Assembly: GCA_048882045.1 (NCBI GenBank)
Contig: JBHLRZ010000003.1
Coordinates: 128,001 to 192,000, forward strand
Source of the DNA: Candidatus Thorarchaeota archaeon
GTDB taxonomy: Archaea; Asgardarchaeota; Thorarchaeia; Thorarchaeales; Thorarchaeaceae
Direction: 5' to 3'
DNA: 64,000 nt
Position numbers and translations under genes: made by a program. A model generated the notes under the pieces. The model had not been told where the DNA came from. It searched no databases and was given only the letters and a program-made list of their open reading frames with translations. Positions 56,201 to 64,000 of this stretch are shown here, piece after piece. Position 1 is the first letter of the stretch. Each line of letters begins with the position of its first letter.

Positions 56201-59200
56201 GTCAAAGGCAGATTGTGGTCCAAGTCTCGCCAAGTGAGTAGTAATGAAACATCTCCTGTGAATTGTACTGAAGAGGGTACCAGTGCATCTACAGTCAATG
56301 ACGTACGCACAAGGTCGACCAACCCTGTAATTGTAGTAGTAGAGCGATTGGAATAGAATGGAACCATACTCGGATTCCATTGGACTGCGATATCGAAGAA
56401 GAAAGTCCCTGTTCCAGACAGAGAAAGGGAGTCCACATGGAATGTATATACACCAGCTCCTTCCGTTCTTGTGTAGTCAATCCCCTCGAGCAGACTGTGA
56501 CCTTGACAGCTGAACTGAATGATCGCTCCAACGATTGGATTGCCGTTGTCAAGATCGGTCAGCGATAGTGAGATGTTTACGATGTCACCCTTGGGTGTTC
56601 TATCAACTTGATCGGTTTCTACTAATATGGATCTACCAGTGATTGTCACTTTCACGATTGTGGAATCATCACGATAGTAAGGAGCTGTGGCAGAGTTCCA
56701 ATCAACTTGAAGTGAGAGGGAGAGGCCACTGATTGGAACTGTAGAGAGTACATCGGATGCTATAGTAATTTCATATGAAGTCCCAGTCGGAGTGACTGTG
56801 TATAGGATTGAGTTGATCTCGGACATGTTTGCCCAATAGAGGTGAATGTTAGTTCCAGCAATCGAAGTGATTGGAATAGAAGATGCATCAAGGTCAAGGT
56901 ACTGGAATGTGAATGTCACATCATCAAGATACAGAGTCTGTGCTGGTGGGATTGTAACGTCTATGTTTGTTTCCCGTTCACGGACAATGACAGTTACTTC
57001 TCTCGTCTTGTTTGTGTGATAAGGTGCACCAAACCAATCCGCATGGACACTCAGAGGATAGCTTGAGGGACTACCAAGTGCTGATGAATCAACAGTAATA
57101 ACATAGATTCCAGCAAGACCCGGTGTAACATCGTAATCTGCTGGTGCTAGCGAAGGGATTGTAATCGTAGCACCTACAATTCCAGATCCACCTGCATCAA
57201 CATCGCTGAAGAAGACCGAGAAGACTGCATTATCCCCATAGGGTGTTACGTCAGGTTCTTGGTCAAGACTCAGAGAGGAAACTCGGTTTCTAACTTGGAA
57301 TTGGACAATCAGCTCATCAGTTGAGTAGAATGGTACTTGATAGGCATAACTCATCCTCAGAGTCAGTGTATAGGGCACTCCTGTCTGAAGACCAAGATTA
57401 TAGGTTTCAACACTGAGTTGATAGTCACTAAAGGCAGCACGCCATGTCACGGTGAAGAACCATGGACCCGAACCCGGACCATTTATGATCTCCAAAGTAA
57501 CATCTGCTGAATCGTTGCCGATAATTCCAGTTGTGAACAAGTCTTGGTAGTACAGAATCACATTGATTGACGAATTATATGGCACAGTTGAGATCGGTTC
57601 AGCAGCCAGTAAAGCAAGCCGTTCCCGAACATTGAAATCACGCGGGGTGAACACATTCTGAATTCCAGTAGTACCGATTGAAACGCTCACACCTAAAACA
57701 TAGGTTCCAGGAGTACTAACAAATGTTGTGTTTAGAGTGATTCGGTATATTCCAAGGGCAGCATATTCGAACACACTGTAGTACATCGAATTGATTGCTA
57801 CTCCTCCATCATAGAGTAATACTGTAGCACCAGTGATTGGATCAGATGCTCCACCCGTGATGTCAGTCCAAGTTACATTGAATATCACCTCATCGAGATA
57901 CTGTGTTGGAGCTGGGGCGAGATATTCCAAGAACGTGACACGATTGATTATGGAGATGTACACGATGCGTCCTGTTCGGTTCGTGTAGAATGGTATGCCG
58001 TTCCAATTCACATTCAGTCGAATCGCAAAAGTACCAACAGCACCAAATTGAGTTGTATCGAAGTTGAAAGTGAATGTACCTCCAGATTCTATGTATCCGA
58101 AGGTGATGTTGGAAGTGATGCTTAAACTAGGGTCATCCAGTATGAATGAACTTGATCCTCCAGTGATGTCTTCATAGGTGAATGTGAACGATGTTGATTC
58201 ACCAAAACTGACTGGGGAGGGCGGATTTATCGAAAGTAGTGTATCTCTTGGCAAGACTCGTACTGAGATGACATCAGTCCTGTTTGAGTAGAATGGAGAA
58301 ACACCTTTTGACCAGTTGACAAAGACATTCATGTAGATGAGTCCTGTCCGACTGAAGATGTTGGTGTCAAAGAAGATGGAGTAGTTGCCTGGTTGTGTTG
58401 CTGAAAGATCAGTCAGCGTTATATCAGCCTGAGTTGCAGATTCACCTTGGAATGAAACATAGACGAATACATATCCAGTGAGATTATCGATACCTATTCC
58501 ACTGAATAAGTCACTATAGAAGAAGATGTACTCCATATTCTCATCATAAGGAGTGGGCTCAGAGCTGACGAGAAGTGTAAGAGCAGAATCCCTTCCAACC
58601 ACATTTGCAGTGGTGACAAAGGACTTGTCTTGATATTTTGCGACTGCTCCTGTCCAATCAGCGTAAACTGTGAATGTCTGCAGACCTAGTCCGAACTGAG
58701 ATGCAGGCACCTGAATGATATAGAAACCATCTCCCAAGATCAAATCATACCCATAGCTGGAACTTACGGGTCCAGATGCGTTATTTACATAGAAATCAAC
58801 AAGGAGTGATTTGATTCCTACGAGATTGTCAAGATCACCATAGTAGACAGATAGGTTGAAGACGCCGATGGTGCTGGTAGGAACGATGGAACTAACTATT
58901 CGGAAGTCAGTGTTATGAGTACGTATTGAAACTGTGATATTGAAACTCGCAGCTTTGTAATTAACACCTTTTGAGAATGTGAAACTGTATACAATGTTCT
59001 GGGAAATTGTATCGGAATCAGAAGTGTAGAATGTGATTTTGTATCGTCCCGATTCCCAGATGACCGAATAATTCCCCCATGTCGAAACAACTTGAGTGTA
59101 TGGAACTGTGGTGTTATCAATTGGTACTAAGCGATCAATATCCGTATAGTCAACATAGAACACTCGTGAGCTACCAATTGGGATGTCCAAGGAACCGACA

Positions 59201-62200
59201 GAAGGAACTGACGATGTGTAAGCCTCTCTTATGACAATTCGGAATCTAAGAGTTCTAGCTTCATAAGGTGCCAGTTCAGCAGTCAGATTCAAGTAATGAG
59301 TTCCTTGACTGAGTAGGGAAACATCAATCCAGACGCTGTAGATACCTCCTAACAGATCAGTCTGATTTGCAATCCAATCTGGACTTCCTGTTATTGTTGC
59401 ACCTTCTATTCCAGAACCAAAATCTGCATCTGTATAGTTCAAAAGTATCTGGACATCCATCTGGTATGGAGTTACAACCTGAGGATAATTCGGTGATGAG
59501 AGATAGCTGAAGATGTCTCTATATTGGACTCTGATGACGATGAATGCGTTCTTGTATCGATTGTCAAGAGAATTGAAATTGACTCTTATGTCATAGGTGC
59601 CAGAAGTGAACTCCAAGGCATTAATGGTCAGCTTATATCTCCCATATACTTGATCAGTAACATCAATCGATTCTGTATATCCTGATACAGAGAATTCTCC
59701 TGCTATTCTACCTTGAATTGGATCACTGTAAAATGGTCCTGCCTCACTTACATTAAGACGCAAGTATACAACGAAGTCTTGACCTTGTGGGAGAAGCAGG
59801 TTGTATGGTTCATGATACATTAGAGTAGTCATGCTTCTGATTGTGATGTCAAAATTATATGGAGTTGGAGCTTGGTAGATACTTGACAGAGTTACTGTGA
59901 CTGTCACAGTTTGCACACCGACTGACCAAGTACTAGTACCCAGAGTGATGGCATAGATACCGAAATCATCAGATCCTCCGGTCCAAGCTAAATGGATGTT
60001 TGTGACCTGACCTATAGGCACTATTCCACCAGTGTCCAAGTCAGTCAGAATGATTGTTAGTGGCGTTTGGTTGCCATACGGTTGAGTTGTGACACCTGTT
60101 ACAGTCAAGGATGTCCTATGAGGCCTGATTATTACGTTAAATGTGTATACAGCAGGGGCTCCTATATCCGAATTGGACATAGTAACTGTAAGTGTGACAG
60201 AAACCGTACCGACAGACCATGTGTCAGTTACAAGGGTCATATCGTAGCTAAACAATGAACTCAAAATTTGTTGACCATAGCTTGATGTGAAGTTGAAGCT
60301 CGCGACATCTCCAATATCGACTTGTAATCTTGTGTCCAAGTCCATCAACAAAACTGTCAGAGGAGTATCATCTCCGTACGGAGTGGTCAAATCGCCTGAC
60401 ACTGTAACAGCCGTGATGTGTTCTCTTAGAGTAAAAGTTACTTGCACACTACCCATGTGCAGATATGCACCAGCCTTGGTAGCATTGAAGATGTACATGT
60501 GGTTCCCAAGACTCAATGCTCCGGTTGGAATCGAAATGTCGTAGGTTCCATCATTGTTATCAATGAACGAAACACCAGAACCATCCAGAGTGATTGTGGC
60601 TCCTGTGATTGGAGATCCTGTATAATCATCCGTGAATGCAAGTGTGGCAGTAAAGTCATAGCCAGCTGGAGTTGCTGTTACACCGGATGCGTCGAGTAGT
60701 GTGTCGTGATACAGGTCTATAGTGAAAGAGTCAGAATCATCATTATAGTACGGATGAGAAGAGCTAATGTCAATGCGCCACTGTTTTGCATCTCCCAAGT
60801 CGGTTGTCTCCAAGACCTTTCCGTATCGGCCATTTCCATAATCATCGAGGGTTATGGTAGAAGGACTTGTCCAGTTCATCGTCACTGTAGCTCCGGCTAC
60901 ACCTGAAGCTTCTATGGTATCAGTCAGCTGGTACTCAACAATCAATGCATCCCCGACAGTCTTCGTTGTCACTGATGGTTTCTGCAATGAGAGTGCTGTT
61001 GGATGTCGAACAGTGAAGGTGGCTTCAAAGAGTCCAGTCTTATCAGTGACTGTAGTGCCTGTGTCGTTGTAGTATACTTCTACAGTCCAGAGCCCCGCAG
61101 GTGCAGTAGAATCCATGGTCTTCGAAATAGTGTGTTCAGGAGATGTTCGCACTTGTTCTGAACCTCGAACAGCGAAAGTGCTGGGACTGACTTGATTCCT
61201 ATACTCCGTCTGTAGCCAACCAGTAGATCTTGCTGATGTAACTGATGCTACTCTAAATTCATCAAGTTGGCCATCGAACCAACCTGTAAATGTGCCACTG
61301 GTTTCCCAATCGCCACCTCCCAGACGCCATTCTTCGGTATAGGACATGTTCGCCATAGTTGGAGTGCCGACCTGACCAGCATCGGTATCCCAGGCTTGGT
61401 TTACCCAAATCACGTTATTTGAGGGATTATCCTCGTCGGCATAGCAACCAATATAGTACCAGCCAGGATTCCATGATATTCTCTGTGTCCATTTGTAAAT
61501 TGGACTATTTGCAGAGCTCTCAACCTTGAAGACGAGTGATCCATTTGGCACTGTTCCTTGTCCATAGTCCTGTCCAACGAGAGCTATCACCATATCATGA
61601 TCAATATCAATAAATTTCTCCATGATGACCTGTGTATTTGGTGATAGATCGTTATGAGCTGTGGCTATTCTAAACCACCCTGAAATGAAGACATCACCTT
61701 GTGGTGTCAATTGATCAGATATTGAAATGTAGTCATCTATACCATCAAAATCTTGAGCATAACCTCCTCGACCTGATATATATTCAACATTTCCGTTCTG
61801 AACACCATCATAACCATTACCTGAAGAATCTGAGTGGATTGCTCCAGATGCTTCGTTCACAACATCTTCTCCAAGATGCCAAACTGCATCAAAGCCCGAG
61901 GACCAGACGCCTTCTGGATTCTCTAGGTTATCAACGACTGGACTTCCATAGTACATAGAAATCGTTTTGTCTGCGCCTAAAGTGAGATTCATCTTGACCC
62001 AAGCAACAATCTTAGCTTCGGAAAATGTATAGTCCTGATTGAAGTATTCTATCTCATGATCTAGGACAATGTCACCATCCGCAAAAAGAATGTCAGATCC
62101 ATCTGACCGTACTTTCGTTGTATCGTGGAGGTCAGTATCATCAGAATACTGAATCAGGACAGGAAACTCAGTGACCGTACCATAGATAACCGAGCTCGGA

Positions 62201-64000
62201 ATTGTAATGTCTTTACGATATCTAAATGATGGAAATCTGTGTGAAGGATCTGTGATTGTCTGATTATAGGACGAAAACCATGTGTTACCAGCTGGATCAA
62301 TGAGATTCAATCCAGCTCGTGCTCCAAGGACAGTTGGGGTAGTGATTGTGAATTTTGCTAGGTCATTAATATCATACATAGAAGAGGACAACTGGACATC
62401 TTGAACGAAATTCCAGCTGATGAATTTGATTGTCCATACTCCCCAGAAATCAATTGATGTCGCATTTAACGTAAGTGTTCCTCCATGATACCACCAGTCA
62501 GAATCAACAGTCTTGCGCTGATTTATCGGATTTAGAACAGTAGTTGGTTTCCATTCAGCGCGCGGATATTCTAGAGTAAACCCGAACGCAGTTGCACCAG
62601 CAGGAGGAGATACCATGACCTTTGCGGTCCAGTTCACAATACTTGCTCCACTCTCGATGAAATAACTGACTCCTTCATTGAAGTCAGTGTTCATTGTCTG
62701 TGCCTCACCACCAACATCCATAGTGATTGTGACATCCATCGATACAGGATTACTTGAGGTAGTCGTGAAGACTATCTGTGTTTCACCAGCATCGGTCCAT
62801 GTATCAGATATTTGCGTTTGTGAACCGACTGTATAGAATCCCGCGGGATTGTTCTGATTGTTGAATTCAGTTTCAATCCACTCGGCAGACCGAACTGTTG
62901 GAAGCATCCTAATCTCATCTATAGCTCCATCATAATGACGTGTGTCTGATGTACCAGTTTCCCAGTTTCCTATAATGAACATAATGTCGGAGTCAGCAAC
63001 AGTATTGCCTGGCCAAGAAACAGAATTCTCAAGACTGCCATTAACATAAAGATACATCATGTCAGAAACTGCATCCCATGTCCACGACAGGTAGTACCAA
63101 CTTCCATGATTCATGGGATAGATACCGTCCCTGGACTGAGCGACCATTTGATCAGTCGAGAGCCTGACCCGCATTAGATCACTGGGATTAACTGCAAGAT
63201 GAATCACAGCAGTTGATACAGTCGTTGAAGGAGCTTTCGAGAAAATTCTATCATCGCCAGCAACGTCGTGGTTTATCCATGCACTAACAGTGAATGCACT
63301 CCACTCATCTGTGTAAATCTGCCCAACTGATATTACATCATCAAATCCATCGAATTGAACAGCATCGCCAATTTTGCCGCTCACCTGTGCGATCGTTGAG
63401 TCGCCATCATACGATGTCCCATCATGGTTGTTTGTTGTGCTATCATAATTAATGCCAGTCGGGTCGTTTCCCAGATGCTGAACAATCTCATAATCATTCC
63501 ATACTCTTGAACCCAAGTTTGGTGGTGCATTCAGACATCCGTAGTGCATTGTTATGACAGTATCAGTAGAACTTGACAAATATGGGACTTTAACCCATGC
63601 AACTAATTTTCCTGAGGCTTGATCGAAGAACTCAATCTCGTGAGGTACTGCAGCACCATCTATGGTGAACGCGATATCACTGCCATTTGAGAGAACGTGA
63701 CTCGAAAGATCTGAATCAGTTGGCAAGTCTATCAAGACAGGAAAATCAACGAGGTCTGAAACAACGTTAGTATGATCAATTGTGATGGTCTTTTGATAGT
63801 CGAAGAACACGATAGTATCATCTGGTTCAGGGATGATGTACTCAACAAAGAGTCGGGATCTATCATTTCCATCATATCCTGCTGTGCCAGTTATCGAGTT
63901 CCAGCGTTGATAATAATCTGCGTTCATCAGACTAGTCATTATCAGAATATAGTTACCTTCAGACCAGCCAGGCCTACTGATGACGTTTTGCACAAGTGGA
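53215..64000 (-). CDS. Giant cell-surface protein paralog (>3590 aa, 5' end outside the window) with at least two DUF2341-LamG modules
   Basis: Frame stays open to 64000 (P-L-V-Q-N-V); two DUF2341/LamG modules; Ig-like repeats colinear with the downstream paralog; TM GLPISLLVITLLGLY and homologous tail. Confidence 0.9.
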   Translation of the reverse strand, partial: PLVQNVISRPGWSEGNYILIMTSLMNADYYQRWNSITGTAGYDGNDRSRLFVEYIIPEPDDTIVFFDYQKTITIDHTNVVSDLVDFPVLIDLPTDSDLSSHVLSNGSDIAFTIDGAAVPHEIEFFDQASGKLVAWVKVPYLSSSTDTVITMHYGCLNAPPNLGSRVWNDYEIVQHLGNDPTGINYDSTTNNHDGTSYDGDSTIAQVSGKIGDAVQFDGFDDVISVGQIYTDEWSAFTVSAWINHDVAGDDRIFSKAPSTTVSTAVIHLAVNPSDLMRVRLSTDQMVAQSRDGIYPMNHGSWYYLSWTWDAVSDMMYLYVNGSLENSVSWPGNTVADSDIMFIIGNWETGTSDTRHYDGAIDEIRMLPTVRSAEWIETEFNNQNNPAGFYTVGSQTQISDTWTDAGETQIVFTTTSSNPVSMDVTITMDVGGEAQTMNTDFNEGVSYFIESGASIVNWTAKVMVSPPAGATAFGFTLEYPRAEWKPTTVLNPINQRKTVDSDWWYHGGTLTLNATSIDFWGVWTIKFISWNFVQDVQLSSSMYDINDLAKFTITTPTVLGARAGLNLIDPAGNTWFSSYNQTITDPSHRFPSFRYRKDITIPSSVIYGTVTEFPVLIQYSDDTDLHDTTKVRSDGSDILFADGDIVLDHEIEYFNQDYTFSEAKIVAWVKMNLTLGADKTISMYYGSPVVDNLENPEGVWSSGFDAVWHLGEDVVNEASGAIHSDSSGNGYDGVQNGNVEYISGRGGYAQDFDGIDDYISISDQLTPQGDVFISGWFRIATAHNDLSPNTQVIMEKFIDIDHDMVIALVGQDYGQGTVPNGSLVFKVESSANSPIYKWTQRISWNPGWYYIGCYADEDNPSNNVIWVNQAWDTDAGQVGTPTMANMSYTEEWRLGGGDWETSGTFTGWFDGQLDEFRVASVTSARSTGWLQTEYRNQVSPSTFAVRGSEQVRTSPEHTISKTMDSTAPAGLWTVEVYYNDTGTTVTDKTGLFEATFTVRHPTALSLQKPSVTTKTVGDALIVEYQLTDTIEASGVAGATVTMNWTSPSTITLDDYGNGRYGKVLETTDLGDAKQWRIDISSSHPYYNDDSDSFTIDLYHDTLLDASGVTATPAGYDFTATLAFTDDYTGSPITGATITLDGSGVSFIDNNDGTYDISIPTGALSLGNHMYIFNATKAGAYLHMGSVQVTFTLREHITAVTVSGDLTTPYGDDTPLTVLLMDLDTRLQVDIGDVASFNFTSSYGQQILSSLFSYDMTLVTDTWSVGTVSVTLTVTMSNSDIGAPAVYTFNVIIRPHRTSLTVTGVTTQPYGNQTPLTIILTDLDTGGIVPIGQVTNIHLAWTGGSDDFGIYAITLGTSTWSVGVQTVTVTVTLSSIYQAPTPYNFDITIRSMTTLMYHEPYNLLLPQGQDFVVYLRLNVSEAGPFYSDPIQGRIAGEFSVSGYTESIDVTDQVYGRYKLTINALEFTSGTYDIRVNFNSLDNRYKNAFIVIRVQYRDIFSYLSSPNYPQVVTPYQMDVQILLNYTDADFGSGIEGATITGSPDWIANQTDLLGGIYSVWIDVSLLSQGTHYLNLTAELAPYEARTLRFRIVIREAYTSSVPSVGSLDIPIGSSRVFYVDYTDIDRLVPIDNTTVPYTQVVSTWGNYSVIWESGRYKITFYTSDSDTISQNIVYSFTFSKGVNYKAASFNITVSIRTHNTDFRIVSSIVPTSTIGVFNLSVYYGDLDNLVGIKSLLVDFYVNNASGPVSSSYGYDLILGDGFYIIQVPASQFGLGLQTFTVYADWTGAVAKYQDKSFVTTANVVGRDSALTLLVSSEPTPYDENMEYIFFYSDLFSGIGIDNLTGYVFVYVSFQGESATQADITLTDLSATQPGNYSIFFDTNIFSRTGLIYMNVFVNWSKGVSPFYSNRTDVISVRVLPRDTLLSINPPSPVSFGESTSFTFTYEDITGGSSSFILDDPSLSITSNITFGYIESGGTFTFNFDTTQFGAVGTFAIRLNVNWNGIPFYTNRTGRIVYISIINRVTFLEYLAPAPTQYLDEVIFNVTWTDITGGASDPITGATVLLYDGGVAINSMYYSVFEYAALGIYRITLNTTFVSTPGTYVLGVSVSIGTTGIQNVFTPRDFNVRERLALLAAEPISTVPYNSSINVILYYQDLFTTGIIGNDSADVTLEIINGPGSGPWFFTVTWRAAFSDYQLSVETYNLGLQTGVPYTLTLRMSYAYQVPFYSTDELIVQFQVRNRVSSLSLDQEPDVTPYGDNAVFSVFFSDVDAGGSGIVGATITIPSLAPADYDVTPGLAGIYVITVDSSALGSPSSYPLSVHADWFGAPYHTNKTREVTVIVRERETNIDVTIPPAQTLYLDDVTFTFQYLDLDASSIPITSIAGTNIHLYWANMSEINSILYTVTPTGTSYEITIASDVLSTVPISGLSLSLQVDWNSATAPYYRDDSTIVKVTITGRSILVETDQVDRTPKGDIVNISLSLTDLDNGNPIVGAIIQFSCQGHSLLEGIDYTRTEGAGVYTFHVDSLSLSGTGTFFFDIAVQWNPSMVPFYSNRSTTTITGLVDLVRTSLTVDALVPSSVQFTGDVSLLLTWRDLDHNLPLTGYAAVIEARVKYLVSGLPPAGLVVFETPTPGVYNVSFNTSDLLSLGAYTLDITVAASVYSSSTVTPQFSVIEIRTDLIPLSTSQLYNWTDTAYIYVDYKNLLDDILISGATVSWSIGGVFGDYLDEPGVPGQYRAIIDTSSLGFSGTRIVQISASLDKYTLATTQVTLNVLALPSDIVIIDPPTGILDVSRGNSFTIGVSLNDTTHLTPIDNLQVQTIYATFRGIQYPLTWDSFSSLWVGSIPGVATILDPGSYDVQITAGFFDYQVAGDLFRINIGQTETLLEVRDPLTGFIITEIDAVYSEVIYLGLNLTEKANKTTVIFGQVFMYEQSFDGLNLTFTYNDTLKLWVAEFNTSLGLYGTWGLTFRAFPDDPILASSTATVTLTIKKIETEVWAPTLTIEVDWGWADNISFTYYDTSFGRGIDNASVTYDYGPFTGLIAYDLGNGTYMVFINTTYLTSNAQHRIILDLQKQNYQERTSGANMFIKFRSTELLVSVDDERTHQNSGDVTNLQVPMGDSITISFFFNDTSDVGGLFGGLDFATIQATLVATDYFPGSRNVTGVVIRFGVGLYSFVFDTNDLSFYEFNNFEKIIESGQFFLTVRMEYPNRISQEETVRISIIKIPTVIQYTGETQFSLLNGDQLTIQFTLYDTWHNQGVEGVPFQYSGGNTARVILGTNRSLGGGVYEVKFEVIGTAGDNIIRLQLGSEFVDSIELQITITANPNETDILIGQVTQIGLPISLLVITLLGLYVRVWSVPKRIRQINGQIKTLRKGKVPKPVSDVKSRQALIADLFNDTYEKMKITRTAQQMPEESIPIEVPEMGELLMQLAILTNLSAGELEEFKADIVKMKMSEQAAFVKEVIMQEAIRAARREGSTVEEIIEKVEAEARRRLGAEEAVEPLDVVDTGAVETVFLEEEEKVVTPKVEEEVEEDTFEEVTDITSERMSLHEIEELRKDLERRGVPPYEIDTIIEQAKELPRDLVEELVKSLEDRKG
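53582..53679. repeat. 98-nt dispersed repeat, copy 2
   Basis: Matches 43919-44016 with 6 mismatches. Confidence 0.9.

Noticed and set aside
1-64000. tRNA, rRNA, transposases, integrases, selenoprotein read-through
   Set aside because: No cloverleaf, rRNA-like tract, transposase or integrase motif, or in-frame TGA interrupting a recognisable gene was seen by eye; tRNAscan-SE and Infernal would be needed to be certain.

Overview
Gene-dense archaeal chromosomal segment of about 47 CDS. I found no rRNA, tRNA, CRISPR array or transposase. TATA-type promoters, a TFS/RpoM-like zinc ribbon, RIO kinases, RFC, Orc1/Cdc6 and RadA paralogs, a PCI-like membrane protein and giant DUF2341/LamG surface proteins suggest an Asgard archaeon, probably Thorarchaeota (inference, no database search). 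The first 43.5 kb mix metabolism (serC, DUF1015, malic enzyme, Fe-S/FAD oxidoreductase pair, Bcp pair), information processing (XPB plus a p52-like partner, RFC-like, two RIO kinases, degenerate Cdc6 and RadA) and many unknown membrane proteins. The last 20.5 kb hold two tandem giant surface proteins (3184 aa and >3590 aa) with nearly identical cytoplasmic tails. The best candidate for an undescribed system is at 11.8-17.2 kb. There an RRE(PqqD)-radical SAM-SPASM enzyme is divergently transcribed from a DUF2207-like single-pass membrane protein whose predicted cytoplasmic C-terminus is a 49-aa Cys/His repeat (seven CHSA units, 11 Cys), followed by an HExxH metallopeptidase. This looks like a RiPP-type modification system whose precursor is fused to a membrane protein. 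All family calls are from motif recognition by eye.
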